Assembly: GCA_040754455.1 (NCBI GenBank)
Contig: JBFMCP010000001.1
Span: 1 to 64,000, forward strand
DNA from: Nitrospirota bacterium
GTDB taxonomy: Bacteria; Nitrospirota; Thermodesulfovibrionia; Thermodesulfovibrionales; Dissulfurispiraceae
Direction: 5' to 3'
Length of the DNA stretch: 64,000 bases
Shown: in pieces, positions 1 through 9,898 of the stretch
How positions within the stretch are numbered: position 1 is the first letter of the stretch
Layout of the letters: each line of letters opens with the position of its first letter
Position numbers and translations under genes: made by a program
Notes under the pieces: generated by a model
The model's input: the letters and a program-made list of their open reading frames with translations, nothing else
Told to the model about the DNA's origin: nothing
The model's database searches: none

Positions 1-154
1 TTACTTCGAGCATCTGAGAGATTTCAGGAATGGGTTTTCCCTTATCGCACTGCAGTATCGCCAGGATACGGCGGTAATGGTGAACATTCTGAGCGTGGTG
101 CAATTCGTATTGCAGTCGACGGCGCTGCTACGGTGTTAGGAGTGTTTTGTTCAT
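1..154 (-). pseudogene. IS630-family-like transposase N-terminus (HTH) with in-frame TAG at codon 9; partial
   Basis: GGGAGG RBS, then ATG at 154: MNKTLLTP*QRRRLQYELHHAQNVHHYRRILAILQCDKGKPIPEISQMLEV, resembling IS630 HTH starts. TAG at 130-128. Confidence 0.55.
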
Positions 155-230
155 GATAACCTCCCTCTACCTTCAAAGGTATCATGAACTGCTCACCTGT
201 GACAAAACTTTTGCGGACTTGCTTAGATAT
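1..230 (-). mobile_element. End of an IS630-like insertion sequence interrupting the SpvB-like gene; continues beyond the window edge
   Basis: The FG-GAP repeat of the upstream ORF breaks at a TA-rich junction (~225-232). An RBS and an HTH-type transposase-like start follow. The boundary is approximate. Confidence 0.55.
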
Positions 231-1399
231 AGAGGATACGTGTTCGCATTCGAATACCCCTGAGCCGGACTGAAGTCTGCCAGGTCGTTGAGCATTGTCC
301 AGCCGCCGCTGCCGTTTGCTACATAGACGCTCACGCCGCTGCTGTGCACACGCCCTACATCGGTCTTGCCGTCGCCATTGAAGTCTCCTGTAAAGATAGG
401 GTAGGTATTTTCATTCGAGTACCCCTGTGCAGGGCTGAAAGTGCTAAGGCCGGTTATCGAGGTCCAGCCGTTTCCTCCTGTCTGCCAGCCAAAGGTTGTT
501 GAAGGCAGAGCGCTCACGCCGTCGCTTCCGTACTGTGTAACTGAGGTCAGGGTGGAACGGTAGCTGTCAGGGCTGTAAGTATAGTTGAGGGAATATCTCC
601 TCACCAGGCTATCAACACCCTCAAGTACATAATGGACCTCTATGGTCTTCAGCCGGTACGCCATTTTCACCAACGCATTGGTCGTGTACATCGGAGGGGC
701 GTCGGTTCTGCTTTCGCGGATGAATTTGACATAGGCCGCAGGGGAGAGCCCCTTCACATTCCCGGTGTAGTTGATCTGCTCAAGATATATTTCGCCCTGA
801 TCTTTGAAATAGGTAACGGTCATGTAATTGCCGTTAAGATCCTGCACCTTATCCAGGCACCATTTAAAGACAACTGTTACGCCATTAATAACAAAATCCT
901 GCCTTGAGGCCGCAGAACTGCCGTAATAATACTTCGTACCGTCCTTTGTCGTGACTTCCCATCCACCGGTCGCTGAATTGTAGAAATATTTGGAAAAAGC
1001 CCCCTCTATTTTGCTGCCGTAGTAGTTGCTTCCCCAGTCTGCCCTGGCTACAAGTTCAGACGAAGTGCCGCTGCTCAGGAATATATACTCGTTTGCGCTG
1101 TAATCGACACCCCTCTTAGTAGACCTCTGTATCTCACCCATCTCAAGATCCCAGCCCACCCCGACCCAGCCATTGGCGAGATTCGAATTATAGGAGAGCA
1201 CGATATTCGGCGCTATGCCGTTCCTGCCGGGAGGCACTTCAATAGGAATACTCACCGCTGCGGCCCCGGTATTGGTCGGATCGGTCACCTTGGCGCCCGA
1301 AGGGACGACGACCTCCTGGGCATGGCTGATATAGAATGGGAATGGGAATGGGATAAAGGCAAGGACGAAACAGAGGCACGCGACGAGCCGCAATTTCAT
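182..1399 (-). pseudogene. Secreted SpvB/TcdB-N-like, FG-GAP-repeat (RHS/YD toxin-type) protein, 3'-truncated
   Basis: Signal peptide; SpvB-like IPIEVPPGRNGIAP..LSYNS..NGWVGVGWDL; FG-GAP motif GDFNGDGKTD. The second repeat (FSPAQGYSN.NTYP) ends abruptly in unrelated sequence. Confidence 0.75.
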
Positions 1400-1499
1400 G
1401 TAAAGCCCTCCTCTACTATGGTGAATACAGGACAGCTTTGCTAATGCCGGAAACTTTTACACCTAAAGTTCAGATTAGCAAAAGGAGGAGGAACTTTCC

Positions 1500-2315
1500 T
1501 TAAATTTTTCCCAAATTTTCTTTGTTTTTTCCCAAAAGTTGCTTTGGAGAGATGCCGGTGTGCTTTTTGAAGACTGTGGAAAAGTAGTTTGAATCACTGT
1601 AGCCTAACAGTTCCGCCACTTCAAAAATCGGAAGCCCCTTTTCTTTAATGAGTGATTCCGCCTTCCGGACTTTCACATGATTCTGATAGCCTTTGAGGGA
1701 ATATCCGGTAATGCGCTTAAAAAAATAACTGAAATAAGTCTTGCTTATCGCCGACATCTTACAGGCTTCGGCAAGGTCCAAAGTTTCGGTATAGTTCTCT
1801 TCGATGAATCCTTTCACTCTCAATATGCCCTGCAGAATGTGGGATGGAATATCATAATCCTCATATTTATCAGGAGTGGTTGTGGACACAAATAAATTTC
1901 TACGCTCCTGGTTTTCTTTCGCGATATTCATGAGTTTATCGACTTTGCTCGATACTTCCTGCGGTGTAAAAGGCTTTTTGATATAACTCCTCGCGCCTGC
2001 ATCAAATGCCCTCATGCAAATTTCTTCTGTTCCAAATGCAGTAGCAACAATAATAGGTATGGAAGGGTACACTTTTTTGATCTGCTTCAGTATTTCAAGT
2101 CCGTCTGCACCGGGGAGCGAGAGATTGAGAAAGACCAGGTTAATATCGGGAGAGAGCATGTTCAGTCCTTTTTGTGCAGTTTGAGCCGAAAGAATCTGAT
2201 AGGTGCTGCCCAGGATGATGCTTAATGCCTCTTGTGTTCTTGGACAGTTGTCTATCACCAAGAGACATTTTGTCTTCTGTGCGGGATTTTGATCTCGTTG
2301 ATGATCACTTTTCAT
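1500..2315 (-). CDS. Receiver-like domain + AraC HTH transcriptional regulator (atypical receiver)
   Basis: REC-fold motifs (LPGADG, ATAFG, KKPF) and AraC signature VAELLGYSDSNYFSTVFKKHTGISP; AT-rich. Confidence 0.9.
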   Translation of the reverse strand: MKSDHQRDQNPAQKTKCLLVIDNCPRTQEALSIILGSTYQILSAQTAQKGLNMLSPDINLVFLNLSLPGADGLEILKQIKKVYPSIPIIVATAFGTEEICMRAFDAGARSYIKKPFTPQEVSSKVDKLMNIAKENQERRNLFVSTTTPDKYEDYDIPSHILQGILRVKGFIEENYTETLDLAEACKMSAISKTYFSYFFKRITGYSLKGYQNHVKVRKAESLIKEKGLPIFEVAELLGYSDSNYFSTVFKKHTGISPKQLLGKNKENLGKI

Positions 2316-2445
2316 AAAGCCCCCCTCTTTACGGTAAAAGTGATTGTAATATGCTGCTTTTAAAGCGTTATTCTTTTATAGCATATATTGTATATACCTG
2401 TCATGTGGTTTTTACGAGGCGCGTTGAAATCTGAAGCAGGCGATA

Positions 2446-4701
2446 TCAGCGATACAGCATGGTCAGCAGCTCTTTGAAATCCCGCACCGGCAGGGGTTCG
2501 CTCAGGAGGTATCCCTGGATTTCGTCGCAGCGGCTCGAATGCAGGAACGCCAGCTGGTCGTCGGTCTCGACTCCTTCGGCGACCACTTCCAGCTTCAGGC
2601 TGTGGGCCATGGCGATGACCGCGTTCACGATGGCGTTGTAGTCAGGGTCGGTCTCGAGCCCTTTGATAAATGACTTGTCGATCTTGAGCTTCTGGATCGG
2701 CAGCTTTTTGAGATAGCTCAAGGAAGAATAGCCAGTGCCGAAGTCATCGATGGAGAACCTCACCCCCATCTCGGTCAGACGAGTCAGATTGGGAATCGTG
2801 CGCTCCAGATCGCGCATTGCCGTGCTCTCGGTAATCTCGAGCACCAGGTATTCGGGATCGAGGCCGGTATCATGCAGCGCCTGCGAGACCATCTCGACGA
2901 GGTTCGGCTGCTGGAACTGGCGCGCCGAAAGATTGACGGTGATGCAGAGCGGCGGATATCCTGCCCGCTGCCAGGTCCTGGCCTGTGCGCATGCAGTACG
3001 GAGCACCCATTCATCGATCGGAATGATAAGCCCCGTTTCTTCAGCAAGGGGAATGAACTGCATGGGGTTGAGCAGGCCCAACTCCGGATGCTGCCAGCGC
3101 ACCAGCGCCTCGGCAGAGACTATCTGGCGGTTGTCGAGATTCACCTGGGGCTGGTAGTGTACCACCAGCTCACCGCGCTTGAGCGTCTGGTGTAGCCTGT
3201 TCTCGAGGATCATCCGCTCAAGGGTCCTGATATCGATGACCGGATTGTAGAATTGATAGGTATTTCTCCCCTGCTCCTTCGCGTGGTACATGGCGATATC
3301 GGCATTCTTGAGCAGCGTCTCGGCATACTCGCTGTCGTAGGGATAGGTGCTGATGCCGATACTCGTGGATACATAAAGTTCATGGCCGTCAATAATGTAA
3401 GGCTTATTGAAGAGCAGCAGAATTTTTTCTGCTGTCCTGGCTGCCTCTTCGATATGCGCGATATTCGGCAGCAGTATGATAAACTCATCACCGCCGACAC
3501 GGGCAACGATATCGGTGTCCCGCATGCACCCTCGCAGCCGGGAGGCGATATCCTTGAGCAGCTGGTCGCCGGCGGAATGGCCCAGTGAGTCATTAATATT
3601 CTTGAAGCGGTCGAGGTCGAGAAAGAGCAGCGCCAGCGACTGACGGCTCAGCTGCGCCTGTTCCAACGCACGGGTGAGACACTCCATAAAGAGCACCCTA
3701 TTGGGGAGTCCCGTCAGAAGATCATGGAAGGCCTGATGCTTGATCGATTCCTCCACCTTCTTGCGCTCCGTGATGTCCGTGGCGATCTCGAGGCGCACCG
3801 TACGGCCGTCTACCCATCGGATCGGCCGGTCGCTGATGTCGTACCAGCGGCCGCTCGCGGGGTTCTGGAACTCCCAGGAATAGACATCCACCTGCCTGCC
3901 TTCAGCGCCGATCAACTTCTCGTCGGCAGTGAGCGTGAAAGAGTCCGGCTGGTTTTTTCTGAGCACTTCCCAATAGACCATTCCTTCCTTTTCACCGAGA
4001 ATCTCACGCGAATACCGGTTGGCATAGAGTATCTCGTTTGTTGCCATATCGACAACATATACCATTGCATTGATACTGTCCAGGACCGAGGTAAGACGCT
4101 CATGAGACTCTTTCAGCATTGTCTCTGTCTGTTTGCGCTTGGTGATATCGGTTACCGCGATCCTGCAGCAGCCGGTATCCCGCCCTCCCTCACGCAGTGC
4201 GATCCCCTGCATCTGTGCATAAAAGTGAGTGCCATCGTGCCGCTTCAGCCTGATCTCGCACGTCTGGGGCGTGGTACTTCGTACCACCTCAGCAATATGC
4301 CGATGGAGAACCGAAATCCCCTCTTCGTCGGCGATGAAATGCTCAAACGAGGTGTTGACCAGCCCCTGCCGATCAGCGCCGAGCATCTGCGCGCCGGTAC
4401 GGTTCGTTTCCCGAATCAAACCATAGACGTCAAGGGTAAAATAGCCGAGAGGCACACAATCATACAACTCCGCATACTTGCTGCGCAACGACGCAAGCTC
4501 CTCCTGGACAGCGCGCAGTTCCCTATTCTGCCGTTCCAGTTCGCTCTGGTACGTCTTGAGATTGCTCATGAGATGGTCGATATCGAGGTCGACCTGAGGA
4601 CTCCCCTGCGCTGCGCTCCGGAGCAGCGTCTTTTGCGATCTCTTGAGAGGAAACTCACTGTTGCTGAGATCAGGATTCGTCCTTTTCATGTTCCCCCGCA
4701 C
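2446..4701 (-). CDS. PAS-PAS-GGDEF-EAL diguanylate cyclase/phosphodiesterase
   Basis: HDLLTGLPNR, RxxD I-site (RDTD), GGDEF, EAL and DDFGTGYSS are intact; PAS/PAC DITxRK ends. Confidence 0.95.
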   Translation of the reverse strand: MRGNMKRTNPDLSNSEFPLKRSQKTLLRSAAQGSPQVDLDIDHLMSNLKTYQSELERQNRELRAVQEELASLRSKYAELYDCVPLGYFTLDVYGLIRETNRTGAQMLGADRQGLVNTSFEHFIADEEGISVLHRHIAEVVRSTTPQTCEIRLKRHDGTHFYAQMQGIALREGGRDTGCCRIAVTDITKRKQTETMLKESHERLTSVLDSINAMVYVVDMATNEILYANRYSREILGEKEGMVYWEVLRKNQPDSFTLTADEKLIGAEGRQVDVYSWEFQNPASGRWYDISDRPIRWVDGRTVRLEIATDITERKKVEESIKHQAFHDLLTGLPNRVLFMECLTRALEQAQLSRQSLALLFLDLDRFKNINDSLGHSAGDQLLKDIASRLRGCMRDTDIVARVGGDEFIILLPNIAHIEEAARTAEKILLLFNKPYIIDGHELYVSTSIGISTYPYDSEYAETLLKNADIAMYHAKEQGRNTYQFYNPVIDIRTLERMILENRLHQTLKRGELVVHYQPQVNLDNRQIVSAEALVRWQHPELGLLNPMQFIPLAEETGLIIPIDEWVLRTACAQARTWQRAGYPPLCITVNLSARQFQQPNLVEMVSQALHDTGLDPEYLVLEITESTAMRDLERTIPNLTRLTEMGVRFSIDDFGTGYSSLSYLKKLPIQKLKIDKSFIKGLETDPDYNAIVNAVIAMAHSLKLEVVAEGVETDDQLAFLHSSRCDEIQGYLLSEPLPVRDFKELLTMLYR

Positions 4702-5072
4702 ATCCAGAAAAGTTTCACCCCAATCAGGGGATGAATGCTCAGTGCTTCAACAGCATATGCAGCCAGTCAGGAAAGACTTTCGAAGAAAACAGTGTACAAC
4801 GCATAGTATTAAATCATACTTGCCATGTGAATGCAATGTAAATTTATCTTTGCAGTTTCAGGGCGTTACAAGGGTCCGCCCAAAGCGGAAGACAACCGGG
4901 GGCAGGAGCGACACAGCACGCAAAAGTTTGTTGACAACCTCCTCGTTTTGTCCTAAAAGGTAAGAAGAGGCTGCAAAGAGGGACAAAGAAATAATTATGA
5001 AGTGCAGAGGGCGACATTCTCTTTGTGCTGGCCTTTTTCCATGACCTATGCGACGGGCGGAAAGGAGGGAGT

Positions 5073-5312
5073 ATGACAAGACTTAGTATTGGACAAAGGG
5101 CGGACAGACTGCCTGAGGAATCCCTCAACGCTCAGCGATTGCTGCCGAGAAGAAGAACCGGAAGGAGAAGAAGGAGGCGCTTTAAAAAGATCCTCCGCAT
5201 AACTTTCAATCTGCTCCTGCTCGGGCTCGCCGTCTACGCGATTATGCTTTTTCCTCTTGAGACAGGAATTATCTTGCTCCTCCTCCTTCTTCTTTTGATA
5301 AAGATTACTTAA
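5073..5312 (+). CDS. Small membrane protein (Arg-rich stretch followed by two hydrophobic segments)
   Basis: AGGAGGGA RBS before ATG 5073; hydrophobic C-terminus. Confidence 0.55.
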   Translation: MTRLSIGQRADRLPEESLNAQRLLPRRRTGRRRRRRFKKILRITFNLLLLGLAVYAIMLFPLETGIILLLLLLLLIKIT

Positions 5313-5345
5313 ATGAAATTAGGCAGGCAGAGGATAAAGAAAGAG

Positions 5346-5418
<73 letters not shown>

Positions 5419-5593
5419 GAATATCTTATAAAATAACATGTTTTCAGTTTCTCTTTCAAGCTTATTGCGCTACTTTTTTCAACTCGCACGAGATCAAACG
5501 AGATGAATGCACCTCGGCACTTCCTCGGGCAAACACACTCGGATCTGCTTTAGAAATTGTCAAAGGTAAAAACCATCTGGTATCATTTACCTT

Positions 5594-5998
5594 ATGGGGA
5601 CGAGAGTGGTATGCGCAGGCACGTTTGACCATCTGCATCCCGGCCATGTCGATTTTCTCAAACAGGCAAAAGACCTCGGCGATGAGCTGGTCGTTATCGT
5701 TGCGCGGGATGAGACCGTCAAGCGTATTAAAGGTTTTTTGCCCTCACATAATGAAGAGTTAAGGAAAAGCAACGTCGAGGGGACGAGAATCCCTACCCTC
5801 GTTATACTCGGCAATCTCGATACCGACCTCTTCCGGATCATCACCGAGCTGAAGCCCGACATCATCGCCCTCGGCTATGATCAGCGGGTATCCGAGGATG
5901 ATCTTTCGAAGCGCTTCCCTTCCTGCAAAGTGGTGCGTCTCGCCTCATTCCAGCCCGACCACTACAAGTCATCGTTCTATCGGGATAAGCTCAAATAG
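5594..5998 (+). CDS. Cytidylyltransferase-family protein, archaeal-type FAD synthase (RibL)-like
   Basis: GTFDHLHPGH (HxGH), VVIVARD, KPDIIALGYDQ. Confidence 0.75.
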   Translation: MGTRVVCAGTFDHLHPGHVDFLKQAKDLGDELVVIVARDETVKRIKGFLPSHNEELRKSNVEGTRIPTLVILGNLDTDLFRIITELKPDIIALGYDQRVSEDDLSKRFPSCKVVRLASFQPDHYKSSFYRDKLK

Positions 5999-6119
5999 CC
6001 TCTGTCATTATAGATAGTAACGGCAGCAAACAAACTCTGTTGAAAAGCGAAGAGTAAAGAGAAAAATTCAAAAAAAGTTCCACAATTTTTAATTTTGCTT
6101 TTTACTCGTTGAATCGAAT

Positions 6120-6154
6120 AAACAAGGGGACTTCGTGGTGAAGTCCCCTTGTTT
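6120..6154 (-). terminator. Hairpin terminator downstream of atpE
   Basis: Perfect 15-bp stem AAACAAGGGGACTTC / GAAGTCCCCTTGTTT with a 5-nt loop. Confidence 0.8.
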
Positions 6155-6176
6155 CGTAATAAAAGTAGAGGAAAAA

Positions 6177-6518
6177 TTAGAATTTAAGAGGATTAACAAA
6201 CAGAACAATAAGCACGACAACCAGCGCGTAAATAGCAAGAGACTCGATCATCGCGAGACCGATGATGAGGGTTGTGGTGATCTTACCGGATGCGCCGGGG
6301 TTTCTTGCAACGCCTTCGGCAGCACCCTTCAAGCCGAGACCCTGTCCGATACCGGTTCCCAGTGCAGCAAGACCGATAGCGAGACCGAGACCGAGAACGA
6401 TCATGCCGTTATAGCTCGGCTTTGCGCCGCCGGCAGCAGCTTCCTCAGCGAAAGCAAGCGGTGCAAACAGAGAAAGCGCAAGCAGTGCTACAAGGGCCAG
6501 TGAAAGTACTTTTCTCAT
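6177..6518 (-). CDS. atpE: F0F1 ATP synthase subunit c with N-terminal signal-like extension
   Basis: GxGxG motifs, ARNP loop, IESLAIY carboxylate; AGGAGG RBS before ATG 6518. Confidence 0.95.
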   Translation of the reverse strand: MRKVLSLALVALLALSLFAPLAFAEEAAAGGAKPSYNGMIVLGLGLAIGLAALGTGIGQGLGLKGAAEGVARNPGASGKITTTLIIGLAMIESLAIYALVVVLIVLFVNPLKF

Positions 6519-6549
6519 CGCGCGTATTCCTCCTTTCTTCGGATATTTA

Positions 6550-7230
6550 TCAGTGAGCCTCTTCGACCGCGCCTGCAAGATACAGACAGGTCAAGAGGAT
6601 AAACACGTACGCCTGAATAACGCTGACCAGAACACCGAGCCCGAGTATCACTACCGGCACCACGGCAGGAGCAAGAATAGCGAGGATCACGAGAATCATG
6701 TGCTTCGCGATCATGTTGCCAAAAAGCCTGACCGAAAGTGTAATCGGCCGCACAAGGTGACCGATGAGCTCGATGAAGAACATCAGGATCATGAGCGGCA
6801 GCGCAGGAAGAGACCTGATCGGCCCGAGGAAATGGGTGAGGTATTTGATGCCGTGAACCTTGATGCCGTAGTAATGCGTTGCCAGAAAAACGGGAACCGC
6901 CATGGAAGCAGTCATGTTGATATTGCTCGTGGGCGACTCGAAGCCGGGGACCAGGCCCATGAAATTGCTGAGGCCGATATAGAGCAGAAGGGTGCCGATG
7001 AGCGGATAGAACTTGTCTCCCCAGTGGTGGCCGATAGTGGAATTCGAGAGATTGAGTGAGAACTCGGCGATCGTCTCCAAAAAGTTCTGGAGACCTGCGG
7101 GAACAAGGCTGATCCTGTTTCGTATTGCCAGCGCAGCACCGATCAATATTATCATTGCAAGCCACGAATAGGAAACATAGGGGGGAATATTAGGCAATAA
7201 CATATGCAAAAAGACTGGTGGTTCGTGCAC
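6550..7230 (-). CDS. atpB: F0F1 ATP synthase subunit a
   Basis: PTSNIN and [19 protein letters not shown] motifs; GTG start with AGGAGG. Confidence 0.95.
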   Translation of the reverse strand: MHEPPVFLHMLLPNIPPYVSYSWLAMIILIGAALAIRNRISLVPAGLQNFLETIAEFSLNLSNSTIGHHWGDKFYPLIGTLLLYIGLSNFMGLVPGFESPTSNINMTASMAVPVFLATHYYGIKVHGIKYLTHFLGPIRSLPALPLMILMFFIELIGHLVRPITLSVRLFGNMIAKHMILVILAILAPAVVPVVILGLGVLVSVIQAYVFILLTCLYLAGAVEEAH

Positions 7231-7402
7231 GGCGGTCCTCCTTATACTTTTTATGGTAGGGGGCCAGAAAAAAAAGGCTTTCCCGCATTTTAGAATGAAC
7301 GTATTCTGCTATCTTAAATTCAAAAAAGGGCAAAAGTCAATGTTTCGGCTTTTTATATTTCTTATCGCTCCATAAGCATTGGTAATCCGTTGCATTCGGC
7401 CT

Positions 7403-8287
7403 TTACCCACGTGCAGCAAGCGGGTGTCCGGGGCCAGCCAGGAGCATGGAGCCCCTCGCGATGCCGAGTTCCGCCGATACCACCTCGCACTTCGACTGGA
7501 GCAGGTAGAAAATCCTCTTTCCTCTTTCAAGGCCGGGCGTATCGCCGAGGGTCTCGAAGTTGCCTTGCCCTTTGCTGATAATCAGGGGGGCTTCACGGAA
7601 GGCCTGATTGAACTCAGGCGAGGTCATCTCGAGGATCGTGCCGATGCAGTCAGAGCCGTTGTCGATTACTTCGCCTACCTCTGCAAGCCCCACTTCAGCA
7701 GCATCCTCCCGCGTCGCGTCGTTCAGCACCGGCGCGCCTTTCACCACCGCCCGCACCTTCTTGCCCATACTGCCGAGCACGCCGATCAGCAGTTTATCGA
7801 AGACAATTTCGCCCGCGTTGTCCAGCAGATAAAGGACCTCATGGTGCTCGTCCACTGCGCTCCTAAAAGACTGATAGCCGTCTATCGTAAGGGGATTATG
7901 CAGCGCCCGGTCTATGGTCCCGAGGATATCGACCGAGGTAAAGATGCCGAAATCGATAACGTTCCCGGCAATGGCGAGGCGAGCGGCCGTCCAGAGCGGG
8001 TCGCCGCTCTGCTCCACTTTTTTCTTGAGCTCAGGATAGAGCTGCAGGGCGATCTGGTTGTATTCCGATTTTATAGCGCCAAAGGGGTCCTTGCCGAGCA
8101 ACTGACGGATCTTACGATGGAGAAAGGTGGTAGAATACGCAGGGGACCGCTCCATATCGGTCGCCCCGATGACATCGGCAACACCCTTCAGCACCGATGC
8201 CTGCAGCGCTTCGTCCTTTGTACCGAGCCGCACTGCGATAATCGTTTGTCTGAAAAAGCAAGGAAAACAATCAAGATGAACCTTCAT
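7403..8287 (-). CDS. ARMT1/DUF89 damage-control metal-dependent phosphatase
   Basis: N-terminal CxxC, AIAGNVIDFG, DNAGEIVFD, NDAT, KGQGNFE. Confidence 0.9.
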   Translation of the reverse strand: MKVHLDCFPCFFRQTIIAVRLGTKDEALQASVLKGVADVIGATDMERSPAYSTTFLHRKIRQLLGKDPFGAIKSEYNQIALQLYPELKKKVEQSGDPLWTAARLAIAGNVIDFGIFTSVDILGTIDRALHNPLTIDGYQSFRSAVDEHHEVLYLLDNAGEIVFDKLLIGVLGSMGKKVRAVVKGAPVLNDATREDAAEVGLAEVGEVIDNGSDCIGTILEMTSPEFNQAFREAPLIISKGQGNFETLGDTPGLERGKRIFYLLQSKCEVVSAELGIARGSMLLAGPGHPLAARG

Positions 8288-8292
8288 TGTTT

Positions 8293-8408
8293 AAATTCCA
8301 ATTTCCAAGTCACAAAAACCAAACTCTAATTGACCGAGACCGCTTTCCAAATAAGAGAGCGCCGTTCGTTAGTTTTATTTGGAATTTGGTGTTTGGAGTT
8401 TGGGATTT
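8293..8408. repeat. Bipartite inverted degenerate heptamer repeat (TCCAAAT / ATTTGGA type)
   Basis: ttccaat ttccaag tcacaaa aaccaaa ... tttggaa tttggtg tttggag tttggga. Confidence 0.65.
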
Positions 8409-9679
8409 CACCTGTTGAGTGCTTTGTCCGCTATGTCCTTCCTGTAATGCATACCGTCGAAATGGATATTCGCAATTGCCTCATACGCGCGTTCTTTCGC
8501 CGCCTTTATGTCCTTGCCGATAGCGGTAACGCCGAGCACTCTTCCCCCGCTGGTGACAATGTCACCGTTGCTGAAGGCGGTACCGGCATGAAAGACCGTC
8601 ACATCGCTCAGCCTCTTCGCTTCATCAAGGCCGGTAATGACTTTTCCCTTCTCATAGGCACCCGGATATCCGCCCGAGGCAATAACGACACAGACCGACG
8701 ACTCCTTCTTCCACGCAATAGGCGTATCCGCCAATTTTTCGTCCGTTATGGCAAAACAGATATCGACGAGATCGGTATCGAGCCTCGCGAGAACAGGCTG
8801 TGTCTCGGGATCGCCCAGCCTGCAGTTGAACTCGAGCACCGAAGGCTTCCCGTTATCGATCATCAGGCCGGCATAGAGGATGCCTTTGTATTTTATCCCC
8901 TCGGCCCTGAGTCCGTTGATCGTCGGCGTCATAACGGTCTTCATGGCAAGTTCCTCGAGCTCTTTGGTCAGCACCGGTGCAGGGCTGTAGGCACCCATGC
9001 CGCCGGTATTGGGTCCCTGATCGTTATCGAATACCCTTTTATGGTCCTGGGAGCTGACCATAGGGACGATGGTCGTTCCGTCGGTAAAGGCCATGAACGA
9101 TGCTTCTTCGCCCTGCAGACACTCTTCAACGATCACACGGTTCCCCGCGTCGCCGAATTCTTTCTGTTTCATGATACGCTGCAGCGCCTCGATGGCCTCG
9201 TCAGCCGTCGCGGCGACAACAACACCCTTGCCCGCAGCAAGGCCGTCAGCCTTTATGACAATAGGAGCGCCTTTCATGCGGACGTAGTCTTCCGCGTGGA
9301 GATAGGAGGTAAACACCTTGTACTCGGCAGTGGGAATGCGATGGCGCTTCATGAACTCTTTCGAGAAGACCTTACTCGATTCGAGCTGCGCCGCTGCCTT
9401 CGTAGGGCCCACGATCTTTCTTCCCTCCTTTTCGAACGCATCGACAATGCCGCGGGAGAGCGGCTCTTCAGGGCCGACAATAGTGAGGTCGATCCATTCG
9501 TATCTGACGAAATTCACCAGCTCTTCGAAATCCTTCAGATTGATGTCGATGCACTCCGCAAGCTCGGCGATTCCGGCATTCCCTGGAGCGCAATAGATCT
9601 TGTCCACATGCCGTGACTGCGACAATTTCCAGACAATCGCATGCTCTCTTCCGCCACCGCCTATTACAAGAACCTTCAT
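8408..9679 (-). CDS. purD: Phosphoribosylamine--glycine ligase
   Basis: MKVLVIGGGGREHA, KADGLAAGKGV, GPNTGGMG, EFNCRLGDPETQ; GGAGG before ATG 9679. Confidence 0.98.
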   Translation of the reverse strand: MKVLVIGGGGREHAIVWKLSQSRHVDKIYCAPGNAGIAELAECIDINLKDFEELVNFVRYEWIDLTIVGPEEPLSRGIVDAFEKEGRKIVGPTKAAAQLESSKVFSKEFMKRHRIPTAEYKVFTSYLHAEDYVRMKGAPIVIKADGLAAGKGVVVAATADEAIEALQRIMKQKEFGDAGNRVIVEECLQGEEASFMAFTDGTTIVPMVSSQDHKRVFDNDQGPNTGGMGAYSPAPVLTKELEELAMKTVMTPTINGLRAEGIKYKGILYAGLMIDNGKPSVLEFNCRLGDPETQPVLARLDTDLVDICFAITDEKLADTPIAWKKESSVCVVIASGGYPGAYEKGKVITGLDEAKRLSDVTVFHAGTAFSNGDIVTSGGRVLGVTAIGKDIKAAKERAYEAIANIHFDGMHYRKDIADKALNR

Positions 9680-9720
9680 ATATCCTCCGTTGTAGCATTT
9701 ATAGCGTTGCAAAGTCTCTT

Positions 9721-9898
9721 AGAACCTATTCAGTAGGAAGCAGGGGGCATAGTATGTGAGCGACTTCGGCAGCCCTCGCGAAGCCATGAATGGCGGAGCG
9801 GGCTGGCGCAGCCTCGGCGCAAGGCGGAATGCCTTGCGGGAATGAGCGAACATACTGTGCCCCCTGCTTCCGATCACCTGCCTACTGAAATAGATTCT
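9721..9898. repeat. ~180-bp MITE/REP-like element with long imperfect terminal inverted repeats
   Basis: Left AGAACCTATT-CAGTAGG-AAGCAGGGGGCATAGTATGT pairs with right ACATACTGTGCCCCCTGCTT...CCTACTGAAATAGATTCT. Confidence 0.7.

Noticed and set aside
128..130. Amber codon as pyrrolysine or readthrough
   Set aside because: No pyl genes in the window; simple pseudogenisation is more parsimonious.
9721..9898. ZTP or purine riboswitch near purH
   Set aside because: It lies downstream of purH and I could not find the consensus; treated as an inverted-repeat element instead.
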